Source: Candidatus Hermodarchaeota archaeon (GTDB lineage Archaea; Asgardarchaeota; Lokiarchaeia; Sigyniarchaeales; SOKP01). Taken from it: 64,000 bases of DNA. Shown piece after piece: positions 1-9,560 of this stretch (the first letter of the stretch is position 1; each line of letters begins with the position of its first letter). Under the pieces are notes generated by a model. The model saw nothing but the letters and a program-made list of their open reading frames with translations, searched no databases and was not told where the DNA came from. Location: assembly GCA_048885525.1 (NCBI GenBank), contig JBHLLP010000012.1:24785-88784 (forward strand), written 5' to 3'. Position numbers and translations under genes: made by a program.

Positions 1-486
1 CTCTATTTTACCACCTTCAAGTTCATTACCTTCATAATCAGTACCTTCATCAATCATTATAGAGAGCATTTCAGCAAACTGAGTACTATCGATATCATAT
101 ACTGGACGGCCTTTTTTATGATCTCCAAGTGCTGTATGGTCTCCTGTAAGTGTAAGAATATTTTTTAATCCAAGAACGGCTCCCGCGATGACATCACCAA
201 AGAGAGCAACGCGGTTTCTGTCTCTTACGGTTACTTGCCACACAGCTTCAATGTTTGCTTTTTCTTGAACAAGATAACTTGGTACCATTGAAGACATATA
301 GGCATCACCTTGGGGACCATCTGTTACGTTGGCAGCTACTATCCTACCTGTTTTTTTCATCTCTTTAGCAGAATGAATAATTTCATCAAGGCTTAAGATT
401 TTTTTAGGCTCAAGTTCTCCAGTAAACACAAAATGGCCGGCCTCAATTGCTTTACATAAATTGCTATATGCTGTTCTTTTTGCCAT
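1..486 (-). CDS. metF: Methylenetetrahydrofolate reductase MetF, 3' end truncated by window edge
   Basis: Not in ORF track. Manual translation from ATG at 486: MAKRTAYSNLCKAIEAGHFVFTGELEPKK...ANVTDGP...VRDRNRVAL...NILTLTGDH. MTHFR motifs; directly after the metV stop. Confidence 0.9.
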   Translation of the reverse strand, partial: MAKRTAYSNLCKAIEAGHFVFTGELEPKKILSLDEIIHSAKEMKKTGRIVAANVTDGPQGDAYMSSMVPSYLVQEKANIEAVWQVTVRDRNRVALFGDVIAGAVLGLKNILTLTGDHTALGDHKKGRPVYDIDSTQFAEMLSIMIDEGTDYEGNELEGGKIE

Positions 487-1182
487 TTATTTGCTCTCCT
501 CCTTTTTTTCTTCAATATTAGTATAATCTTTGTAAATATTGTTATATCCTGGGCTTGTTGAGGTTCTAAAATCTCTTGGACCTCTATATTTTTTGAAAAG
601 ATCGATTCTACCAAATTCTTTTAACCGTTGCCAAATACTTACCCATGCACAAGGAATTGTATATCCACCAACTTCACACATTCCTTCAACCATTCCTCCA
701 CAAGGACCGTTACTCAAATGTTTAGCACATCCTGCTCGAGGACATATCCCACCAGTCTCACCAATTATACAATCTCCACAAGATTCACAGAATTCGATAT
801 AATTATTTTGACTGTTGTCTTGAGCTCCACCGAACATACTGTTTTGAGCAGGGTATGTTAAAATCTTCGGAAGAACTCTGTTCATCATAACAACACCAAG
901 ACCGCACGCTAGAGTAACTATAGCATCAAAATCCTCTTCATAAGGACGACATGTCGTGGCAGCAATCCTATCATCGCATTGTCGTAGAACTGTTATTGCT
1001 TTCCATTTTAATTCTTTACCTTCAGTTCTAGCTTTTAATTCTAAAAGTTGTCCTAGCACCTTTGCTTCATTAAGCGATCGAGGAGGTTGGCAACAACCGT
1101 CGCAACCAGTAATTAAAATCTTATTGTATGGCTTTATTAGCTCATATATTTCGCTTATATCTTTTTGTTGCGTAATTATCAT
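487..1182 (-). CDS. metV: MetV, Cys-rich partner subunit of MTHFR
   Basis: GCDGCC, RQCD, ACGLG, CESCGDC, GICPRAGCAKHLSNGPCGG, CAW motifs; adjacent to metF. Confidence 0.88.
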   Translation of the reverse strand: MIITQQKDISEIYELIKPYNKILITGCDGCCQPPRSLNEAKVLGQLLELKARTEGKELKWKAITVLRQCDDRIAATTCRPYEEDFDAIVTLACGLGVVMMNRVLPKILTYPAQNSMFGGAQDNSQNNYIEFCESCGDCIIGETGGICPRAGCAKHLSNGPCGGMVEGMCEVGGYTIPCAWVSIWQRLKEFGRIDLFKKYRGPRDFRTSTSPGYNNIYKDYTNIEEKKEESK

Positions 1183-1277
1183 ATTACTAAACTCCTTTTT
1201 TTACATTTTTGTATTAATTTTTACTTTTAAATTTAATTTATTAATAGCTTTATTAGTGTTTAAAAAATTCACACATC

Positions 1278-2159
1278 TTAGGTTGTTAATTTCTGAATTA
1301 ACTTATTCGGTTTAACACTTCTGTTCTTCAAACTGAGATCTTGAAGATCAACTCCTAAAGCGACCGCAATAATTTCGGGTAAATATAGGATAGGAATATC
1401 AAGTTCCTTTCCCGTCTTTCGAGAAATTAATTTTTCCTTCCTATCATATTGAGTCACACAAGCGGGGCATACCGCAATTAGGGCATCAACATCTTGCTCA
1501 AGTTCACATAATTCCGTCATCTTATCCTCAACAAGTTTTTCGCCTATTTCTTCTTGTAATCGGGCGCAAAAACCGCAGCATTCTAATTTATTTGCAAACT
1601 CAATCGTTTTAGCACCAAGTGCTTGAAGAATATTATCGATTTTTTCAGGTTTCTCGGGATGATCAAACTGCATAATTTTACTTGGTCTAACAAGATGGCA
1701 GCCATAATGCACAGCGAGAGTTAAGTCGTCAAGGGGTTTAACTGTTAAATCTTTAAGTTTTTCTATCCATTCTGGCTGACTAAACAGTTCTACAAAATGA
1801 TACACTTTAGTTTTTCCAGTATAGTGATAGTTAATCTTCTTTAATATCCTATCTATTTTTTCCAAATATTCTTCATCTTCTTCTAATAACACACTTACCG
1901 TTTTTAATGTTTCATAGCAACCTGAACAGATGGTAAGGATATCCAAACCCATTTTTTCAGCAATGGCTAGATTTCGTGCTCCTAAAGTGACCCATGTATC
2001 AATATTTAATGATTGAAGAGATACAGGTTCAGGGCAACAACTTACTCCTTCCATTTCTTTCAATTTCATATCTAAAATGCTTGCGACATCTCGAAATGCT
2101 TTCTCTAAATGAGGCATCTTTAAAGGTATTGTACATCCTAAATATAATGCAAGTTCCAT
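1278..2159 (-). CDS. hdrB: Heterodisulfide reductase subunit B
   Basis: YLGC, CCP, CSGC, HYGCH, CCG, CPAC: two CCG domains. Confidence 0.92.
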   Translation of the reverse strand: MELALYLGCTIPLKMPHLEKAFRDVASILDMKLKEMEGVSCCPEPVSLQSLNIDTWVTLGARNLAIAEKMGLDILTICSGCYETLKTVSVLLEEDEEYLEKIDRILKKINYHYTGKTKVYHFVELFSQPEWIEKLKDLTVKPLDDLTLAVHYGCHLVRPSKIMQFDHPEKPEKIDNILQALGAKTIEFANKLECCGFCARLQEEIGEKLVEDKMTELCELEQDVDALIAVCPACVTQYDRKEKLISRKTGKELDIPILYLPEIIAVALGVDLQDLSLKNRSVKPNKLIQKLTT

Positions 2160-2161
2160 TT

Positions 2162-2692
2162 TTAATCATCCTCCTTTTTTTTTGCGAGATCTCCTAATCC
2201 CGTTTCTTCTATTATATATCTAATTTCATCTAGATTAGGGGGTATAAGTTGGGGTAACCCCATCCTACTTCTTCTTCTATCAATATTATCTTTTAAGCCA
2301 CCAGTATAAGGTACTACATATCCATTATCATAGATTGTAACAACAGTTCCTGAATATTCTTTGGGAATTTTTCCCAATTTAACTGCCATGTTACGAAGAA
2401 GAGCAAGAATAAAAGAGTAATCTACATTCTTTGGACATCTTTCAGTGCATCTATGGCATAAAGAACACGTCCAAATTGCTTGACTTGAAAGAACTTCATC
2501 TTTTAAACCTAAAAGACAGGATGCAACAACTCTATGTGGTTGCATATCAACATATTCCGTTACAGTACAGCCTGAGCTACATACACCACATTGGATACAG
2601 TTTAGAAGTGATTTTGCACCAACTTTTTGACTAATTTCATAACGAAAATTATGATCTAAATTTTTAGCATCTTTTTTCATCATTTCTGACAT
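2162..2692 (-). CDS. hdrC: Heterodisulfide reductase subunit C
   Basis: CIQCGVCSSGC and CSLCHRCTERCP 4Fe-4S motifs; lies between hdrA and hdrB. Confidence 0.92.
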   Translation of the reverse strand: MSEMMKKDAKNLDHNFRYEISQKVGAKSLLNCIQCGVCSSGCTVTEYVDMQPHRVVASCLLGLKDEVLSSQAIWTCSLCHRCTERCPKNVDYSFILALLRNMAVKLGKIPKEYSGTVVTIYDNGYVVPYTGGLKDNIDRRRSRMGLPQLIPPNLDEIRYIIEETGLGDLAKKKEDD

Positions 2693-2694
2693 TT

Positions 2695-5600
2695 TTAAGC
2701 AGCCTCCTTAGCTTTTTGTTTTTTTTCAATTTTATCACCTGTTTTAGGAAGTGGTCCTAATTCTTTAATTTGATTAACAAACTCAGTGATAACTTGAGAA
2801 AATCGTTTTCCTTCTGAAGCGCTTATCCATTCAAGATGATATCTATCGGAATTGATGCCAACACTTTCAAGTATATCTTTAAGCTCATTGTAACGTTGTA
2901 ACATGTCATAATTTCCTTCTAAATAGTGACAGTCACCGATATGACATCCTCCAACAAACACACCGTCAGCACCTTCCAAAAATGCTTGTAAAATAAAGCT
3001 TTTGGGTATTCTGCCAGTACACATCACTCGTATTGGTCGAATATTAGTTGGATATTGAAAGCGGCTTACACCACATGTGTCAGCACCAGCATAACTACAC
3101 CAATTACATAAGAAAGTTACGATTCTAGGCCTTTCATCTAAATATTCACCCTTGACAGCTTCACGGATCATAGGATAAATTTGATTATCTGCGAAATGAC
3201 TCATTGTTATCGCTCCTGCGGGACATGCAGCCGAACAATCGCCACAACCTTTACATAAAAGAGGATTAGTTTCTGAAACTAAAACATTTTTATCAAAGTT
3301 AACTCCTATAGCTCCAAAGTTGCAAACTTCTTCACATTTTTGACATGCAATACATAGTGCTGGATCAACAAGCGATACGAGCGGTTCATTTTCCACTTCT
3401 CCTGAGATTAATGGAATTAAAGCATGAGCTGCCGCACCTCTACCTTGTGAGATTGAATCTGCAATTCCTTTGGGACCATGGCAAGTTCCTGCTAGGTATA
3501 TACCATCAGTTGCAAAATCTACTGGTCTTAATTTAATATGAGCTTCTAAGAAAAAACCATTTTGATCTCGAGCACATTTTATCATCTCACCTAATTTTTG
3601 AGTATCATGAGGTATTAAGGGTGTAGATAAAACTACTTTGTCAGTCTCAATAGTAAGGTTAGTTTGAGTTAGAATATCTTTAACCATTACATTCAATTTA
3701 CCATTTTTAACATCAACAGTAGGATATTCGTTAAAACGTATATAGTTTACATTCTCACGTGCTTCCCAGTAAAAAGGTTCTTCATTGGTCCCTACTCGGA
3801 TATCTCTATATAAAACATAAATAGTTGAGTGTGGATATGTTTCTCTTACGTATAAAGCATGTCTGATTGACTCTGAACAACAAATTAATGAACAATATGT
3901 GACCCCATTTCCACCTTCTGGTTGTCTAGAACCCACACAATGGATAAAAACAAGAGTTTCTCCATCTTTTAGTTCATTATTCCTAAGTTTTTCAGATAAT
4001 TCAAGTTGTGTCATAACATTATTATTTTCACCATAATGAAACCATCCAATGGGTTTATACTCATAAGCACCAGTAGCAGCTATAATTGTACCAATATTCA
4101 AACTAATATCTTTCCCTTCAAAATTGTTTGTAACTCTGACTTTAAAATCTCCAATAGATCCTTTCACATCAGTAACTTCAGAATTTAAATAAATAGTAAC
4201 ATTCTTATGTTCATTGAATTCTTTTAACTCTGCTTCTATAAACTCCTTTGAGTCAATTCTATCGAAATTGATTTTATAGATTGAGTTTAATTGCCCTCCT
4301 AGTTTATCATCTTTTTCTATTAAATGCACTTTAAAGCCCTTATTGGCGATTTCCAGAGCTGCACTCATTCCAGCTATCCCTCCACCTATTACCATTGCTT
4401 CGGGAATAACATTACCTTTAATTTTTAACTCTGCTTTTTGTGCTGCTACACGAGCAACACCCATTCTGATAAGGTCCTTTGCTTTATCGGTTGCTTTAGG
4501 GTTATCATTCATATGTACCCATGAATCTAACTCTCTAATACTTACGAAATTAAACAAATATTCATTTAAACCTGCTTCCCTAATGGTCTTTTGGAATAAT
4601 GGTTCGTGAGTTCTTGGTGTACATGCTGCAACTACAACCCTATTTAAGTTTAATTCTTCTATCTTTTCTTTTATAATGTCTTGGGTTAATTGTGAGCAGC
4701 TATACTTATTTTCCATTGAATAAACTACATTTGGAAGTGTTTTTGTATAATCAACTAATTTAGGAACATCCATATATCCTGCAATATTAACACCACAGCG
4801 ACATATGAATACACCAATTCGAGGTTGATCCTTTGGATTTATGGGTTTAAGAGGAGGAAGATCTACTTTCGTTTCTTCGGCACTTAATGGAACAGCATGA
4901 GTTGCTGCTAAAGCTGCTGCTCCACCCGCCTTTGCCACCGAATTTGCAATATCATCAGGAGATTGGCATGAACCAGTCACATATATTCCTTCTCTTGTAG
5001 AACATAGATCTTCTATAGAATCTTTGGTTTTGAAAAACCCGAAATCATTTTGTTCAATTCCTAGTATCTTCGCTAATTGTTCAGTGTCTTTTCGGGGAGT
5101 AACAGCATTTGCAAGGACAACTAGGTCAAATTCACTAACTTCAACCTCACCGGTATCAAGGTTTGCATGCTTAACATATAGATTATGATTTTCTGGATTT
5201 TCACGGATATCTCCAGGAATTCCTCTATAATACAATATATTATACTCCTCTTTAGCTCTTTCAATAAACTCCTCTTGATTTTTTCCTATAACTCTAGTAT
5301 CGTTGAAGAAGATCGTTACATTTGTATCGGGAGCATGCTCTCTCGTAACTACTCCTTCTTTAGTTTGATACATACAACAAAATTTAGAGCAATAAGGACA
5401 TAAATCTATGTTTCTCGAACCTACACAACTAATAAAACCTATATTATACGCATGCTCCTTATCTGAGGGTCTTAATATTTCACCTTCAGTAGGACCAGAT
5501 GCACTTAGTAATCGTTCATACTGCATCGCAGTAATAACATTTGGATATTCCCCATAATGATAACGATCAAGAACACTAGGGTCTAGTTGATCATATCCAG

Positions 5601-6177
5601 TAGCACAAATGATAGATGCTACGTTATACTCAACAATTTCATCTTTCATATCCCAATTAATAGCTCCTGCCTCACATTCTTTTTCACAGAGTTTGCAAGC
5701 GTTTTTCGTAAAAAATAAGCATCTTTCTGCATCAATGACTGCTTTTCTTGGTACTGCTTGCGGAAATGGAATATAAATAGCTGTACGATAACCCATACCT
5801 TCTTCAAATTCTGAAGGTATTTTTTTCATAGGACATTTCTCCATACATTGTCCACAACCAGTGCACACATCCCAATCAACATATCTAGACTTTTTAAGTA
5901 CTTTTATGTTAAAATTTCCAGCTTCACCTGAAATTTCCTGTATTTCTGAATATGCTATGAGTTCTACATTAGGATGCCTAGACACTTCTACCATTTTAGG
6001 AGCCAGAATACATATACTGCAGTCTAATGTTGGAAAGGTTTTATCGAGTTGTGCCATTCGGCCTCCAACAGAAGGAGTTTTTTCAACAAGAATTACTTTA
6101 TATCCTTGTTCAGCTAAAGTTAATGCTGCTTCGATTCCACTAATACCTGCACCGATAATTAATATTTTACTATTCAT
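2695..6177 (-). CDS. hdrA: HdrA-like flavoprotein with two FAD modules and ferredoxin inserts, fused to a C-terminal MvhD domain
   Basis: GAGISG and GGGIAG FAD motifs, KTFPTLDCSICIL, two CVGSR...CS..CC motifs, PRIGVFICRCG, ACTPRTHEPLF; C-terminal FLCNWCSYAGAD, RVMCTGR, GGCHIGDCHY, WISASEG (MvhD). Confidence 0.93.
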   Translation of the reverse strand: MNSKILIIGAGISGIEAALTLAEQGYKVILVEKTPSVGGRMAQLDKTFPTLDCSICILAPKMVEVSRHPNVELIAYSEIQEISGEAGNFNIKVLKKSRYVDWDVCTGCGQCMEKCPMKKIPSEFEEGMGYRTAIYIPFPQAVPRKAVIDAERCLFFTKNACKLCEKECEAGAINWDMKDEIVEYNVASIICATGYDQLDPSVLDRYHYGEYPNVITAMQYERLLSASGPTEGEILRPSDKEHAYNIGFISCVGSRNIDLCPYCSKFCCMYQTKEGVVTREHAPDTNVTIFFNDTRVIGKNQEEFIERAKEEYNILYYRGIPGDIRENPENHNLYVKHANLDTGEVEVSEFDLVVLANAVTPRKDTEQLAKILGIEQNDFGFFKTKDSIEDLCSTREGIYVTGSCQSPDDIANSVAKAGGAAALAATHAVPLSAEETKVDLPPLKPINPKDQPRIGVFICRCGVNIAGYMDVPKLVDYTKTLPNVVYSMENKYSCSQLTQDIIKEKIEELNLNRVVVAACTPRTHEPLFQKTIREAGLNEYLFNFVSIRELDSWVHMNDNPKATDKAKDLIRMGVARVAAQKAELKIKGNVIPEAMVIGGGIAGMSAALEIANKGFKVHLIEKDDKLGGQLNSIYKINFDRIDSKEFIEAELKEFNEHKNVTIYLNSEVTDVKGSIGDFKVRVTNNFEGKDISLNIGTIIAATGAYEYKPIGWFHYGENNNVMTQLELSEKLRNNELKDGETLVFIHCVGSRQPEGGNGVTYCSLICCSESIRHALYVRETYPHSTIYVLYRDIRVGTNEEPFYWEARENVNYIRFNEYPTVDVKNGKLNVMVKDILTQTNLTIETDKVVLSTPLIPHDTQKLGEMIKCARDQNGFFLEAHIKLRPVDFATDGIYLAGTCHGPKGIADSISQGRGAAAHALIPLISGEVENEPLVSLVDPALCIACQKCEEVCNFGAIGVNFDKNVLVSETNPLLCKGCGDCSAACPAGAITMSHFADNQIYPMIREAVKGEYLDERPRIVTFLCNWCSYAGADTCGVSRFQYPTNIRPIRVMCTGRIPKSFILQAFLEGADGVFVGGCHIGDCHYLEGNYDMLQRYNELKDILESVGINSDRYHLEWISASEGKRFSQVITEFVNQIKELGPLPKTGDKIEKKQKAKEAA

Positions 6178-6746
6178 AATTATTCTATTTCAATTTTTCT
6201 TTAGATTTTATTGTAATTTATTAATTTGTTAGAAATATTCAATCAAATTTGAAAATTGTTTTTAATTTTGATAAGACATTTATATATTTTTTAATGACTA
6301 TCTACGACAAAAATATTAATAAGGCTTTCTATTTATAACTAATTTCAAAAATTCAAGGTTTATACTTTTTAGAAAAAGTTACTCATAGATCAAGCTTTCT
6401 AAAAAAGTTATCGAATATAGGAACCTTTTGTATAAAACTTGAAAGTTAAATAAATGACAATTTTCGTAAATAAGAATACTTTTTTGTGATAATTTTTTTT
6501 TTTTTGAAAAATTAGCAATATACGTTAAGCATCAGAAGAATAACGTAAAAATCTGTTAATCTAATTGTTCATTAATTTCCTTATTTATATACGAAAACTT
6601 GAAAAAATACTTAAGATTTTAATATTTAAAGCATAAAATAACTTATTAATAAAAAATTAATTAATATCTTGGTAATATTCTACTATATAAATATTTAAAG
6701 TAAAATCTAAATGTTCATTGCATTATTAAAATTTTGGTGAAAAAGT

Positions 6747-7427
6747 ATTAAAATTCTTGTTTCTGGGCCACTTCAATCAGGAAAGTCAAGTTATATTAAA
6801 GCTTTAGACGATAATGCATTGAATGTTGAAGCACAAGGTAAAGACCAGAAGTTTTATACAGTTGCGATGGATTTAGGATGCGTTAAATTAAATGGATTTG
6901 AATGTTACTTATTTGGTACACCGGGTCTTTTGCGGTTTTCTGTAATGAGAAATATCGTTACTAATGGTAGTGATGGATTAGTTTTTATATTCGATGCTGC
7001 TGCTCCTGAAAAAGATGATAGTGCAATTATGATATTAAATTCTATTAGAAAAATATTACCGACCAATATCCCAACTGTTTTTTTGGCAAACAAACAAGAT
7101 GTTGAAGGTGCTCGAACCCCAGAAGTTATCCGATCACAGAATTATTTACCCGAAGATAGTAGAATCTTTCCAACAAGTTCAAAAACAGGATTAAACATAA
7201 GAGAATCTATTACACACTTAGTTAATCATATATATGAAAAATATTCATCATTACTACAAACTCTTCGTGTGTATGAGAATGATATTGAAGGTTTAGCTGA
7301 AGAATTAAAAAAAGATACAATTCAAATGCGAGATTTCTTAAATAATTTAGAAATTAAACGATTTATTGAAATAGATAGGATTTCTAAAACATATAAGGTA
7401 CGACAAGGATTAAAATATTTAGTATAA
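6747..7427 (+). CDS. Small GTPase (MglA/conservon-type ATP/GTP-binding family) with probable C-terminal winged-helix; start uncertain (track start 6819 omits the P-loop)
   Basis: In-frame upstream of 6819: KSIKILVSGPLQSGKSSYIK (G1). Then TVAMDLG, LFGTPG (G3), ANKQD (G4), TSSK (G5). Confidence 0.8.
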   Translation: MKILVSGPLQSGKSSYIKALDDNALNVEAQGKDQKFYTVAMDLGCVKLNGFECYLFGTPGLLRFSVMRNIVTNGSDGLVFIFDAAAPEKDDSAIMILNSIRKILPTNIPTVFLANKQDVEGARTPEVIRSQNYLPEDSRIFPTSSKTGLNIRESITHLVNHIYEKYSSLLQTLRVYENDIEGLAEELKKDTIQMRDFLNNLEIKRFIEIDRISKTYKVRQGLKYLV

Positions 7428-7437
7428 TTAGCTCTTT

Positions 7438-9324
7438 TTAATTAGCTCTTTTTCTAAATAACAACGGGGAAATTTCTTCTCTGCCATAGTCTTTTATTAA
7501 GTTCGCTAATTCTATCCTGTGGTTATTAAGAATATCCCAAAAAAATTCTGGTACTCCCTCTTCTTTTTTATAAATCGCTTCAATGCGATCAAATTTTTCT
7601 AAAACTTTTTTGGGTTTTATAGAAAATTGTTCAATATAATGCTCTTCTTGATAATCTTCATTAAGATATTGTTTAAACAATGTTCTTAAATCCATATACT
7701 CTGGAATATAACCAATGGGTGTTGTTATAGCTTTAAAATCATTATGAATTCGCCCTTCAGCCCAGATTACCCAACATAATTTATCTAAAATCCCGTTTAA
7801 ATATTTTCCTTCTTTATTTTTAAGAAAATAATTAGTAGCAAATACTTTTGGGGGATGTTCTAATCTATTGCCAAATTTTTGATGATTTTTGAGGTATTTT
7901 CCCAAACTAACAACCATGAAGTCAAGATTGGCCATGGGTTGTTGCATCCTCACCCCTTCAGCACCTAGAGTTGCAGAGGTTGTTTCAGATTCAATTGAAG
8001 CCCCTAGAAAAACTCCATGCTCCCAATTTTTACTTTCTAGTACAGGTGGCATAGTATCGCTATCTCGCCCTCCATAAAGAATACCATGTACTGGTACTCC
8101 ATCTGGGTTATGTAAATTGGGATCTGCGTTATTTAATTGTTCAATACCAATTGTGTAACGAGCGTTTGGGTGTGCATGAGGAATTTCTTTACCATCTCTA
8201 TCTTTTTTTCCTTTAAACCAATTTCCTGAAAAATTGAATCCATCATCTGGGGTTGACCTTCCATCTCCAATCCAATAAGGAGTTCCATCTTTTAATAAAA
8301 CATTTGAAAAGATAGTTTCCCGAGGTGTTGTAAGGGCTTCAAAAATTACTGGATCATCTTTTGCATTTACATCTTTAATGATTCCAAAGATACCCTTCTC
8401 AATATTTACTGCATGTGCATAACCGTCATTCCAAACTCTAAGATATGCAATATCATCTCCTATTATACTTTGCCCCGGTAACATAGCAGTACTAGTTTTA
8501 CCACATGCAGAAGGAAAAGCACCACAGAAATATGAAACTCTAGATGTTCCTTTTGGATGAACACCCATTAAGAAGTAATGTTCTGATAACCAATCTTCAT
8601 TGTTAGCCTTGTAAATTGCTAAACGTAAGGCGAGCTTTTTTAATCCGAGCGAATTTCCAGCATATTGATTATTTACTGAAAGCACACATCCTTCTTTTAA
8701 ATCTATATAAACTCTTCTTTTATCAAGATTTTTAGTTACTGGAGGATCTCCAGTTAGTTCACCCGAAGAGTGAATGAAATAGAAGAAATTATTAGACCCA
8801 TTTAATCTTTTGAATTCCTCATACCCTGCTCTATATAGAAGATCTTCTGAATGAGCAACATAAAAAGAATCGGTTAATTGAAGAGCAAGTATTGAGAATT
8901 CTGAATTTTTTGGACCTAAACAAAAAAATCGTACTACACACTCATGGTCTTTCATACACCCATCCATGATTTCTAAGATTTCTTTTAATCCTTTTTCTCT
9001 TTCCATCGTATTTATCCAAGGGTATGCATCTATTTCATCTTTAGGCACTAAAACTTGAGTATTATCTTTATCTCTTGCTTGATCATGATTTGACATTGTA
9101 AAAAATCCATCAAAATGGTTTGTGTGCCCCTCAATTGCTAATATTAGCTCTTCCCCGAGATTAATTGCTTTTTGTCTGCAGTAATCAATATCGTCTTTAG
9201 AATCCGTTATAACTGTCACTTTAGATGGTTTACATAAAGATACAAATTCGTTTACGATTTTTAAGATATGTTTATTATTTAAAGTCTTAATCTTTTCAAG
9301 ATTATTGTTATCAATAACTTCCAT
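7438..9324 (-). CDS. pckG: Phosphoenolpyruvate carboxykinase (GTP)
   Basis: YAGNSLGLKK, FPSACGKTS, IGDDIA, HPNARY, YGGRDS motifs. Confidence 0.95.
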   Translation of the reverse strand: MEVIDNNNLEKIKTLNNKHILKIVNEFVSLCKPSKVTVITDSKDDIDYCRQKAINLGEELILAIEGHTNHFDGFFTMSNHDQARDKDNTQVLVPKDEIDAYPWINTMEREKGLKEILEIMDGCMKDHECVVRFFCLGPKNSEFSILALQLTDSFYVAHSEDLLYRAGYEEFKRLNGSNNFFYFIHSSGELTGDPPVTKNLDKRRVYIDLKEGCVLSVNNQYAGNSLGLKKLALRLAIYKANNEDWLSEHYFLMGVHPKGTSRVSYFCGAFPSACGKTSTAMLPGQSIIGDDIAYLRVWNDGYAHAVNIEKGIFGIIKDVNAKDDPVIFEALTTPRETIFSNVLLKDGTPYWIGDGRSTPDDGFNFSGNWFKGKKDRDGKEIPHAHPNARYTIGIEQLNNADPNLHNPDGVPVHGILYGGRDSDTMPPVLESKNWEHGVFLGASIESETTSATLGAEGVRMQQPMANLDFMVVSLGKYLKNHQKFGNRLEHPPKVFATNYFLKNKEGKYLNGILDKLCWVIWAEGRIHNDFKAITTPIGYIPEYMDLRTLFKQYLNEDYQEEHYIEQFSIKPKKVLEKFDRIEAIYKKEEGVPEFFWDILNNHRIELANLIKDYGREEISPLLFRKRAN

Positions 9325-9560
9325 TTTATCTTTTTTTGCTCATTATATTGTTGAATCAATTCATTATGACTCTAGAGGTGTTACAAGAAAAGTTTTGAAC
9401 TTTTTTAATTTTTGTTTTTTATTCTGTTATGGTTGTTAGCTTCAGTTAAAGAATTGGGAAGATATAAATCTCGAAATCGTGCTAAATTTGAATTTAGTTC
9501 ATTCAATAGATATTAAATTGATAATAAAACAAAAAAGAAATAAAAAAGATTTAGTAGTTA

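Noticed and set aside
2695-6177. Possible selenocysteine recoding or SECIS for HdrA/MvhD
   Set aside because: ORF is uninterrupted with Cys codons and ends in TAA; no recoding is needed and no convincing SECIS was seen.
393-6232. Short overlapping ORFs in the track (393-614, 539-802, 628-861, 956-1315, 4343-4609, 5861-6232 and others)
   Set aside because: Antisense or off-frame shadows of well-supported metF/metV/hdr genes; no motifs.
9482-9497. Palindrome CTAAATT-TG-AATTTAG between pckG and the thermosome gene
   Set aside because: Short and AT-only in an AT-rich genome; cannot be distinguished from chance.
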